A DNA stretch of 63,724 bases, counting the filler, from Desulfonatronovibrionaceae bacterium (GTDB lineage Bacteria > Desulfobacterota > Desulfovibrionia > Desulfovibrionales > Desulfonatronovibrionaceae), in NCBI GenBank assembly GCA_046539845.1. It is 4 parts of 4 records of this genome, joined end to end, with 100 filler letters (N's around TTAATTAATTAA, not from the genome) between each part and the next. Parts side by side here need not be neighbours in the genome. Positions count along the whole stretch, not along the records: positions 50,566 to 63,724 come from JBKHGE010000053.1; 3 more parts are not named here. One strand, given 5' to 3'. The notes under the pieces are model-generated. The model was not told where the DNA came from and did no database searches. It saw only the letters and a list, made by a program, of their open reading frames with translations. The position numbers and the translations under genes were made by a program. Shown here piece by piece: positions 50,566-58,918 of this stretch (positions are counted from its first letter, which is position 1; each line of letters starts with the position of its first letter).

Positions 50566-50975
50566 AGCGAGCATATAAAACCCCTGACACCCTCATGTCA
50601 ACAGGTTTTTATCGGAAACTTTTCCAATAGATCTCAATATATTGGAAAAGTTTATTTTTTTGCTAATTCAGGTTTAAAAATTACAGCTCTCCTCCACAGG
50701 GTCAAGCGCAGCAATGTCCGGGGGGATACTCCAACAAGCGCGCCTTTTGCCTTTGACCGGGGGAGAAAACACCAAGCCGGGAGCTATATATTGATTGACA
50801 AAGAATGAATAAACTGAGGAAATTGTAAGGCCCGTATGGAAGGCTGGACCCTAAAATAGACAAAGGTCTCCACCTTGACTCGCCCCGTTTTTAATCCAGC
50901 CGATGGGGGAAGCTCAAGCACTAAAAATCCATTTTTTTCAAGGGACCTGAAAACTTTTGTTTACAAAGGAAGGCC

Positions 50976-51827
50976 ATGCACACCAGACTGGACTGTCTAC
51001 CCTGTTTTCTGCGCCAAGCCCTGCACGGAGCACGCCTGACCTCACCTAATGACACCAAGGCGCAGGAAAAAATCCTGCGCAGGGCGGCGGAAATGATCTC
51101 GGAAATGGATACGCGGCACCCGCCGCCCCTTCTGGCCGGAAGAATGTACGCGGATATCGCCGAAACAAGCGGGACAAGCGACCTCTTCCATCAGTACAAG
51201 CAAAAGTGCAACCGCGAGGCTCTGGCCCTCCTGCCCGAGCTTGAAAGACGGCTGGACCGGGAGGAAGACCGGCTCTTTTTCGCCCTGCGGGTATCTATAG
51301 TCGGCAATTACATGGATGCCGGTGTGGCCAGGGAATACGACTGGCGCGGGGCCCTGGAGCAGGAAGAGGACTCTTGTTGGGCGGAGCTGCACTACAATCA
51401 ATTCCAAAGGCATTTGGCCGAGGCATCCAAAGTCCTTATTCTGGGCGACAACTGCGGAGAGATCGCTTTGGACACCCTCCTGGCCAAAGAACTTGTTCGG
51501 CAAGGGCATGCAGTAACCTACGCGGTAAGGGGACAGCCGATCCTGAACGACGCCACTCTTGAGGACGCCCGCCAGGTGGACATGTTTGGTATCTGCCGGG
51601 TCATGCCCAGCGGGTCGGATTGTCCGGGCACGGTCCTCTCCCGCTGCACCGAGGAGTTCAAAAGCGAATTGTGCTCCTCGGATATAGTCATAAGCAAGGG
51701 ACAGGGAAATTTTGAGGCCTTGGGCGAGGAGAAAAGCGGGATATACTTTGCCTTTAAGGTCAAGTGCGAGGTGGTTGCCGACCTGGTGGGCCTTCCCATC
51801 GGCAGTTCAGTCTTCCGGAGGATTTAG
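50976..51827 (+). CDS. ARMT1/DUF89-like damage-control phosphatase
   Basis: DCLPC, GNYMD, DNCGEI, PILNDAT and SKGQGNFE. Confidence 0.9.
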   Translation: MHTRLDCLPCFLRQALHGARLTSPNDTKAQEKILRRAAEMISEMDTRHPPPLLAGRMYADIAETSGTSDLFHQYKQKCNREALALLPELERRLDREEDRLFFALRVSIVGNYMDAGVAREYDWRGALEQEEDSCWAELHYNQFQRHLAEASKVLILGDNCGEIALDTLLAKELVRQGHAVTYAVRGQPILNDATLEDARQVDMFGICRVMPSGSDCPGTVLSRCTEEFKSELCSSDIVISKGQGNFEALGEEKSGIYFAFKVKCEVVADLVGLPIGSSVFRRI

Positions 51828-51840
51828 TCCGCAGCCGAGT

Positions 51841-52995
51841 CTACAGGGCCGCATCCAAAAGCATGTTATCCCGGTGCACGGCCTCGGTATACATGCAATG
51901 GCCCAGGATCTCCTGGATGTCGCCGCTGTTGCTGCCCTTTATCCTGCGCAGCTCAGACGATTCATAATTACTCAGGCCGGCGCCGATCTGATTGCCCTGT
52001 CCATCCACCAGCCGGACCATGTCCCCTTTGCCGAATTCGCCCCGGACATCGGTTATACCGGCCGGCAAAAGGCTCTTGCCTCTTTCCCGCACCGCCCGTA
52101 CCGCTCCGGAGTCCATAACTATTTCTCCGGCCGGGTCCAGATTGTAGGCCAGCCAAAACTTGCGTCTGGCTATGGCCCGGGCGCCGGCTGTGATCAAAGT
52201 CCCCAGCTCCTCACCGGAAAACGCCTTTTCCAAAGCAAAATGATTGCGTCCGGACAGAATCAGGGTGGGTACCCCTATCTGGGCGGCCCTGCGGGCGGAA
52301 ATCAACTTGCTGTACATCCCTCCGCTCCCTTGCACGCTCTTTCCGCAGCACATGGTCTCCACAGGCAGGCGGTCGATATCCGCTATCACCGGCAAGAGCT
52401 CGGCATCCGGGAATTCTTGCGGGTTCTTGTCAAAGACCCCGTCTTCCGAGGTAAGGTTTATAAACAAATCGGCCTCGACCAGGTTCAAAACCAAGCTGGC
52501 CAAAGAATCGTTGTCCCCGAACTTGAGTTCCTGGACAGCGACCGTATCGTTTTCGTTGACCACCGGGATGATTTGCCACTGCAAAAGCTGTAACATAGTA
52601 TTGCGGGCGTTTAGAAACCTCTCCCTGCTCTTCAGATCCTCCCGGGTCAAAAGGACCTGGGCGGTTGTCTTCCGGTACCGGGCAAAGGCCTCATCATAGG
52701 CGTGCATAAGCCGGCTCTGACCCACCGCAGAGACTGCCTGCTTGCAACGCAGGGTCTCGGTTATCCGTCTGGAACGCATCACTCCGCGCCCGGCGGCCAC
52801 GGCCCCGGAAGAGACCAACACAATTTCCCGGCCCTGATCCTGAAGCAGGGCGATCTGGTCGGCCAAGCGATTGACCACCCGGAGATCCAGCCCGGCCCTG
52901 TCCGTGAGCACTGCACTGCCCACCTTGATCACCACCCTGTGCGCCCGGTCCAGAGCCTCCTTTTTTATCCCGGAAAATCTGCCTTGTTCTCCCAT
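51841..52995 (-). CDS. proB: Glutamate 5-kinase
   Basis: VIKVGS, VSSGAVAAG, NENDTV and FGDND; PUA domain. Confidence 0.95.
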   Translation of the reverse strand: MGEQGRFSGIKKEALDRAHRVVIKVGSAVLTDRAGLDLRVVNRLADQIALLQDQGREIVLVSSGAVAAGRGVMRSRRITETLRCKQAVSAVGQSRLMHAYDEAFARYRKTTAQVLLTREDLKSRERFLNARNTMLQLLQWQIIPVVNENDTVAVQELKFGDNDSLASLVLNLVEADLFINLTSEDGVFDKNPQEFPDAELLPVIADIDRLPVETMCCGKSVQGSGGMYSKLISARRAAQIGVPTLILSGRNHFALEKAFSGEELGTLITAGARAIARRKFWLAYNLDPAGEIVMDSGAVRAVRERGKSLLPAGITDVRGEFGKGDMVRLVDGQGNQIGAGLSNYESSELRRIKGSNSGDIQEILGHCMYTEAVHRDNMLLDAAL

Positions 52996-53069
52996 TACCT
53001 TCCCCGCACCGAGATTAAACAAAACAAGCCCGCTCCCCGGCTGCAGACCCGTTCCCTCATGCAAACGAC

Positions 53070-54074
53070 TCAGCGTTCAAGCCCGAGCCACAGCTCCCTG
53101 AGCAGATCCTCAACCCCGGTCCCGTATAAAGCAGAAATACAAAAGAGATCCAACCCCTGCTCCCGGGAGTTCTGCCTGATCGCTTCCAGTCTTTCCGGAC
53201 TCAATAGATCTATCTTGTTTAAAACCGGAATCTGCTGCTTCTTGGCCAAGCCGGGGTCGTATCTGGCCAGCTCTTCGTTTATCAGGTCGAATCCGGACCG
53301 CACGTCGTCACCGCTCACGTCCTCAGCACTCAAGACATGCACCAGTATCCCGGTACGCTCTGCATGCTTCAGAAAACGATGCCCCAAGCCGTGGCCCTGG
53401 TGCGCCCCTTCTATCAAGCCGGGGATATCCGCAATGGTCATCTTTTCTCCCGGATCCCCGAAGACCACGCCCAGGCAGGGGGCAGTGGTAGTGAACGGAT
53501 AGGCAGCGATTTTGGGCCGGGCCGCTGAAACCGCGGAAATCAAAGTGGACTTCCCGGCGTTGGGCAGACCAATGAGCCCGACATCAGCGATTATCTTCAA
53601 ATACAGGGCCACGGTCTTTTCCTCGCCCTGCTCACCGGCCTGGGCAAAACGCGGGGCGCGCATGGTCGAGGACTTGAAATGCACATTGCCTTTCCCCCCC
53701 CGGCCGCCTGCGGCCGCCAAAAATTCCTGCTCCGGCCGGGAAAAATCGTGCATAAGTAGCTCTTCCCCGCTTTCCAAAACCTCATATACCTGCGTGCCTA
53801 CCGGCACCTGGACATACAGGTCTTGGCCGGCCCGGCCGCTCTTCTGGCGGCCCATACCGGGCCGGCCGTTTTCCGCGGTGTATACCCGTTTGTGCGTGAA
53901 GTCGTACAGGGTGTGCAACCTGGGATCGGCCTGAAAAAGGATATCGCCGCCCTTGCCCCCGTCACCCCCGTCCGGACCACCTTTGGGTATAAAGCGCTCA
54001 CGGCGGAATGACACGCAACCGGCTCCGCCCTTGCCCGATTTAATGGTAATCTTTGCCTCGTCCACAAAACGCAT
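53070..54074 (-). CDS. obgE: GTPase ObgE
   Basis: MRFVDE, GGPDGGDGG, GLPNAGKST, DIPG and NKID. Confidence 0.96.
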   Translation of the reverse strand: MRFVDEAKITIKSGKGGAGCVSFRRERFIPKGGPDGGDGGKGGDILFQADPRLHTLYDFTHKRVYTAENGRPGMGRQKSGRAGQDLYVQVPVGTQVYEVLESGEELLMHDFSRPEQEFLAAAGGRGGKGNVHFKSSTMRAPRFAQAGEQGEEKTVALYLKIIADVGLIGLPNAGKSTLISAVSAARPKIAAYPFTTTAPCLGVVFGDPGEKMTIADIPGLIEGAHQGHGLGHRFLKHAERTGILVHVLSAEDVSGDDVRSGFDLINEELARYDPGLAKKQQIPVLNKIDLLSPERLEAIRQNSREQGLDLFCISALYGTGVEDLLRELWLGLER

Positions 54075-54184
54075 CAGCAAACCTCGTTATCCTGACTGCG
54101 ACGGCGGAAGCTCACGATCCAGCCGCATGCCGCCTGACAGATATTGGATATGCTAGCACCACAGGCACCCAAGCTCAAGAAAAC

Positions 54185-54220
54185 AAAAAAAAGACCGCCT
54201 GAACAGGGATTCAAGCGGTC
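54185..54220 (-). terminator. Terminator after rpmA
   Basis: rc GACCGCTTGAA...TTCAGGCGGTC followed by a T run. Confidence 0.75.
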
Positions 54221-54250
54221 GACACTATTTAGTGAACGCAAAAAAATCGA

Positions 54251-54517
54251 TCAGGCGGCCTGAACAACGCTAACCCGCGTCTTGACCTTTCTCTTGCGCG
54301 TGAACTTGTCGAATTTGACTTCACCGTCCACCTTGGCGAACAGGGTATAATCCTTGCCCACACCCACATTCTGTCCGGGATGGACCTTTGTCCCCAGCTG
54401 CCTGGCTATTATATTTCCGGCCCGGACCTTCTGGCCTCCGAACTTTTTGATGCCTCTTCTTTGCCCGCGGCTGTCGCGGCCGTTTCTGGAGCTTCCACCC
54501 GCTTTCTTATGTGCCAT
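54251..54517 (-). CDS. rpmA: 50S ribosomal protein L27
   Basis: [16 protein letters not shown]. Confidence 0.98.
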   Translation of the reverse strand: MAHKKAGGSSRNGRDSRGQRRGIKKFGGQKVRAGNIIARQLGTKVHPGQNVGVGKDYTLFAKVDGEVKFDKFTRKRKVKTRVSVVQAA

Positions 54518-54534
54518 TTAGAACCTCCTGGCTT

Positions 54535-54846
54535 TTAAGCCTGAATGGCTTTTACCTTGAGCCGTGTAAAACACTGCCGATGTCCCCGGGTCCGGCGGTA
54601 GTCCTTGCGCCGTTTGTGCTTGAACACAAGCACCTTCCGATCCTTGCTCTGTTCCAGGACATCACATTTGACCTTTGCATTCTCCACATAGGGACGGCCG
54701 AGCTGAACTTCCTCATCCCCGCCCAGACAGATCACCCTGTCCAGAGAGATCTCCTCGCCGGGTTCGGCGCTCAACTTCTCCACCTTGAGCTGGTCGCCCT
54801 CGCGCACCTTGTACTGCTTCCCGCCTGTCTCCACTATAGCAAACAT
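54535..54846 (-). CDS. rplU: 50S ribosomal protein L21
   Basis: MFAIVETGGKQY and GHRQ. Confidence 0.97.
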   Translation of the reverse strand: MFAIVETGGKQYKVREGDQLKVEKLSAEPGEEISLDRVICLGGDEEVQLGRPYVENAKVKCDVLEQSKDRKVLVFKHKRRKDYRRTRGHRQCFTRLKVKAIQA

Positions 54847-54939
54847 AATATTACCTCCAAAAAGTGAAACGAAGCAGTTAAACCAATCCCGGCCAAAGGT
54901 CAAGGGTTTTGTCCGTTTCGAAAAAAGGAAAAGGTTGGG

Positions 54940-55638
54940 TCAACTGGCCCGGGCCAGGCAGATAACATCCACCCGAGCGGCCTTGCCGGCAATGAGTTCT
55001 TTGCTGCAGGCGGCTAAAGTCGCGCCTGTGGTGGCCACGTCATCGACCAAAAGCACGTTTTTGCCCCGGACCTTGTCCTTACGGACCACAAACGCCCCGG
55101 CCAGATTGGACAGCCTTTCCTTTCTGGGTAAAGCGCTTTGCTCCGAAGTTGACCGCTGCTTTTCGAGGGCGCTGCGTTCTACGCGGATTTTTGTCCGCCG
55201 CCCGAGCTGAACGGCCAGCTCCAGGCTCTGATTAAATCCCCGTCTTTTGAGCCGATCCCCCTGCAAGGGGACGGCCGCGATCAGATCCGGCGCGGTCGGG
55301 CACCGAGCCAGATAGGCCTCGTACAAAAGGTATCCCAAGGCTGCGCAGCAGCCGTAATCCGGGCCGAATTTGAATCTGAGCAAGAGGTCGCGCAACAGCC
55401 CGGAGTAGGCCCCGAAAAAGGCAAAAGAGGCCCAGGGCGGCCTTTTTTGCCGGCAACTCCGGCACAGATACGGTTCTTCGGCGCTTAGCTCATAAAGCTC
55501 CCCGCACGCTGGGCAGTAACCAGTCGTGCGCATGCGGAGTCCGTCCCGGCACCGGAGACAAAAAAATCCGGACCCGGAAGCCCCAGCGCCGCAGACAGGG
55601 CACCGGGCGCCGCAAAAACCCTTAAAAGCGGCGAGCAT
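54940..55638 (-). CDS. ComF-family protein (zinc ribbon plus PRTase)
   Basis: CxxC pairs, RGFNQS and LVDDVATTGAT; start uncertain. Confidence 0.88.
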   Translation of the reverse strand: MLAAFKGFCGARCPVCGAGASGSGFFCLRCRDGLRMRTTGYCPACGELYELSAEEPYLCRSCRQKRPPWASFAFFGAYSGLLRDLLLRFKFGPDYGCCAALGYLLYEAYLARCPTAPDLIAAVPLQGDRLKRRGFNQSLELAVQLGRRTKIRVERSALEKQRSTSEQSALPRKERLSNLAGAFVVRKDKVRGKNVLLVDDVATTGATLAACSKELIAGKAARVDVICLARAS

Positions 55639-55657
55639 CCGCCCCGTTACAACGGCC

Positions 55658-56272
55658 CTATTCCCGCCCCCCGGCAACATGTTCTTCAATCCTGTACGCG
55701 TTTTCCCCGCCAACATCTCTAAGATCAGCGCCGGTCTCAACGCCGCGCAGCCCGAGCGTGCGCAGTTTTCTTCCGAAGAGATGCAAAAAATACTTCAAGG
55801 TTATTTCGCTTCCGGTAAACAGAGATCGGCCACGCTTACGCCCGGCCAGTAGCACCGCGCTGGCCACCGGTTTTTCCTCCGCCGCCTGCGCCCAATATCC
55901 GGAGGGATTATTATACACGCTCTGGGAACGGTCAATAAATGCCTTCAAAAGGGCCGGGAGGTGATAGAAATAGATCGGGGCACAGAAGCAGAGTCTGTGG
56001 CTGGATCTAAGCATCTCAAATAACATGCGACAGTCGTCCTCGGCCTGAAACACACACTCCCCGGTCTCGGCGCATTGTCCGCACCCAAGGCAAAAGCGTA
56101 CTCTGTATTCACGCAGATAAACGATCCCCGGACTGAAGCCGCACCTTTCCCAAGCCGCGGCCACCATCAGGGCCGCTCTGTCCGTGGACCCCCCGGAATG
56201 CGGGCTGCAGGCAAAGATTAGATCATCCCCGGCCCTGTTTCCGGGTGAAAAGCGCCCGGATGTGTCCTTCAT
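55658..56272 (-). CDS. Iron-sulfur flavoprotein / flavodoxin family
   Basis: SPHSGGST, CLGCGQC...C and PIYFYHLPA.LK.FIDR. Confidence 0.88.
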   Translation of the reverse strand: MKDTSGRFSPGNRAGDDLIFACSPHSGGSTDRAALMVAAAWERCGFSPGIVYLREYRVRFCLGCGQCAETGECVFQAEDDCRMLFEMLRSSHRLCFCAPIYFYHLPALLKAFIDRSQSVYNNPSGYWAQAAEEKPVASAVLLAGRKRGRSLFTGSEITLKYFLHLFGRKLRTLGLRGVETGADLRDVGGENAYRIEEHVAGGRE

Positions 56273-56468
56273 ATTCCTCGATCTCCAAATCCCATTGCGG
56301 CTCAAGATGCAGGGTGTTTTTCAACTGACTCAGGGCCCCGGGTGCAGCCAGCACTTCCAGACTGTTTCCGCGGGTGAAGCGGAGGTACCAACTTACCTCC
56401 TGCCCCACCCCTCAACACTTATCCTGAAGATCAACCCTTATATCCTGATCCAGTATTCTGCCTTTCAT
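56223..56468 (-). CDS. Candidate 81-aa selenoprotein (Cys-Sec), possibly TusA/SirA-like
   Basis: ATGA overlap with the upstream stop and a GGAGG RBS. MKGRILDQDIRVDLQDKC-TGA-GVGQEVSW... is in frame with the 56408 ORF. A SECIS-like hairpin follows immediately. Confidence 0.65.
56372..56410 (-). promoter_or_regulatory. Putative bacterial SECIS element
   Basis: GGGTGGGGC-A-GGAGGTA-[AGTTGG]-TACCTCC-GCTTCACCC, starting 1 nt after the UGA. Confidence 0.65.
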
Positions 56469-57496
56469 GTCTGTCCCCCCTCCCGGGCAAGGAAATAGAC
56501 TTTACGGTAATCAGCGGCCATCCTCCGGGCAATGAATTTCTTCTTCCCCTCGTTCCAGGCTCGATAGGCGGCCTCGATTCTCTGCCGGTCGTTTCTAAGG
56601 ACCTGAACCGCGACCCCGGGCATATCCCGGAGCTCTGTAGCCAAAAAACCGGTCTGTGTATGTTCGATCTGCTCCGGAATGCCTCCGACTGCGGAGGCAA
56701 CCACGGGCAGCCCGCAGGCCATGGCCTCCAAAACCAGCAAGGGGTGGTTGTCTGCAAACGACGGATAGACCAAAAGCAGACACTTGTGCATAAGCTTTCT
56801 CAATTCCGCATTCGGGACCAGAGGAAGGCATTGTATATCGCCTTTTTTCTCGTGTTTTTGTCCACCCACGAAATAGGCGCGGATCTCCGGGAATTGTCTT
56901 TTTATCTGTCTGTATACATCTACCCAGCGTCCCCCGCCCTTGTAGGCGGCCGACTCGCCGGAATGGGCCGCAAACAGTAAAACCGGCAGGCGCCCCCTAA
57001 AATACGGTTTTCCGGGCTCCCAGGGCACCCCGTTGGGAACAATGCGAATACGCAGCTTGGGCCACACCTGTTTGAGCATATCCCTCATCCAGACTGACGG
57101 AGCGACCAGCACGGGGTCAAGGGAGGCCACCAGCTCTTTTTTCTGGCCAGCGACCCGGTCTGCCCCGGGGAACCCGCGGCCGCAGGAATTACATCCTTTT
57201 TTCCATTGAACGCAGTCAAGGGGGAATGCGCACCCCCCGGTAAAAAGAGCACAGTCGTGGGCTGTTATGACCAGAGGAGAGGCTTTGTCCAGCCCGGACA
57301 TAAGCCCAACCCAATCCCCGGAGGAGTGAAGGTGGAGCACGTCGCCCGGCCCGGCCTCAGCCAGTCCCTGCGGCCCCGGTCCGGAGACTTCCCACACATG
57401 TCTGTACTCGGCCCCGGAAGTATACCGGATCAGATACTTGGCTACTGCAGCAGCCCCTCCCCCCTCCTGTACATAGCTGTAATGCCAGACGCGCAT
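56465..57496 (-). CDS. Glycosyltransferase family 4
   Basis: HDCALFTGGC and YPSFADNHPLLVLEAMACGLPVVAS.VGGIPE. Confidence 0.9.
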   Translation of the reverse strand: MRVWHYSYVQEGGGAAAVAKYLIRYTSGAEYRHVWEVSGPGPQGLAEAGPGDVLHLHSSGDWVGLMSGLDKASPLVITAHDCALFTGGCAFPLDCVQWKKGCNSCGRGFPGADRVAGQKKELVASLDPVLVAPSVWMRDMLKQVWPKLRIRIVPNGVPWEPGKPYFRGRLPVLLFAAHSGESAAYKGGGRWVDVYRQIKRQFPEIRAYFVGGQKHEKKGDIQCLPLVPNAELRKLMHKCLLLVYPSFADNHPLLVLEAMACGLPVVASAVGGIPEQIEHTQTGFLATELRDMPGVAVQVLRNDRQRIEAAYRAWNEGKKKFIARRMAADYRKVYFLAREGGQT

Positions 57497-57505
57497 ACGA
57501 AACTG

Positions 57506-58138
57506 TCAGGGGTGCCAGACCCGGGCAAAAAACGGATTGTGCAGCTCCTCGTCCCGCACCCGGGTTTCCGGGCCGTGCCCCGGATACACCATGGTCTCCG
57601 GGGGCAGGGTAAATATCTTCTCCCGGGCGGATTTAATGAGCAGGTCCTGATCCCCCCCGGGGAAATCAGTCCGGCCTATAGAGCGATAAAACAGCAGATC
57701 CCCGGAAAAAACAGCCCCGGCCTCAGGGAAATAAAAGGACAGGCTGCCCGGGCTGTGGCCGGGGGTGGCCAAAACATTACATATATTTCCGGCAAATTCG
57801 TACTCTCCGGGGGAAAGGTCCTCGTATTCGAACCCGGGAGTTCGGGGGAAGCCCATGAATCCACCTCCGCCCACCTCTGCGTCCAGAAGGAACCCGTCCG
57901 CGGACGAGGCCAGAATGCGGGCGGAAAACTCCCGGGCCAGACCGGCATTGCCCTGGATATGATCGAAATGCAGGTGGGTGTTCAGGACCGCCTGCAGGGC
58001 AAGGCCCCTGGCCCGCAGAAAATCCACCACCTCAGTCGGGTCCCCGCCCGGATCGATCACCACGGCAATGGAGCCGTTGTGGACCAAAAAGCAATTGGTC
58101 TCCAGGGGCCCCAGGGCAAACGTCTTGATGCTTATCAT
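57506..58138 (-). CDS. MBL-fold metallo-hydrolase
   Basis: THLHFDH, TPGHSPG, GDLLF and PGHG. Confidence 0.92.
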   Translation of the reverse strand: MISIKTFALGPLETNCFLVHNGSIAVVIDPGGDPTEVVDFLRARGLALQAVLNTHLHFDHIQGNAGLAREFSARILASSADGFLLDAEVGGGGFMGFPRTPGFEYEDLSPGEYEFAGNICNVLATPGHSPGSLSFYFPEAGAVFSGDLLFYRSIGRTDFPGGDQDLLIKSAREKIFTLPPETMVYPGHGPETRVRDEELHNPFFARVWHP

Positions 58139-58140
58139 TA

Positions 58141-58644
58141 TCAGTCCTCCAGCATGAGTTCACTAAGCTCCCTGCGGTTCGAACCGCCCTCCCCTTCCGG
58201 GTGGCCCAAGGCCAATACCGCCATCAGCCCCAGCTCGGAATTGTTCGTCCCCAGGACTTCATGTACCCGGTCTTCCCGGTTAAGGATTTCTCCGAGCCAG
58301 ACCGCCCCCAGACCCAATCCGTGCGCGGCCAGAAGCATATTCTGAATACAGGCCCCGACTCCCTGATAATCCTTGACCGGACTGTACATTGCTTCTTTGG
58401 CCAGAAAGACAACAATCAAAATATCGGCCGCTAAGACCACGTGGCTGTACTTTGTACATCCCTGCAGCCCATCTTTGCGGGGATCGTCACGGTTCACGAC
58501 CAAAAAGCGCCACGGCTGATTGTTCAGTCCGCTCGGGGCCCAGCGCCCGCAGTCCAGAATCCTGGCCACATGTTCCCGATCCACTTTCTGACCGGTAAAT
58601 CTACGGATGCTCCTCCTGTTGTACAAGGCGTCAAAGAGTTCCAA
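58141..58644 (-). CDS. Nitroreductase family
   Basis: RRSIR.F, APSGLNNQPW and QNMLLAAH.LGLG; TTG start after AGGAGG. Confidence 0.92.
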   Translation of the reverse strand: MELFDALYNRRSIRRFTGQKVDREHVARILDCGRWAPSGLNNQPWRFLVVNRDDPRKDGLQGCTKYSHVVLAADILIVVFLAKEAMYSPVKDYQGVGACIQNMLLAAHGLGLGAVWLGEILNREDRVHEVLGTNNSELGLMAVLALGHPEGEGGSNRRELSELMLED

Positions 58645-58918
58645 GGTGCCTCCTGTTTTTAATCCATTGGCTTTAAACGTCTTTTTTCGCGGCCCAAGCT
58701 TGCCGGGACAAAATACCGACCAAACTTTTTTTGATTCGGACCGCTTCAAACCTCAAAAGACAGTTAATTTTCAATTATTCTGGACAAAGCCACCCATTGT
58801 AGGGCAGATAACACTACCAGCGCCCCGGATCCGGACCTTCAGCCTGGCCCGGTCAGCGGGCTACAGACACAGAAGTCCCCGAACAACTTCAAGCCGGAAA
58901 AATCTCTGTGAGCAGGTA

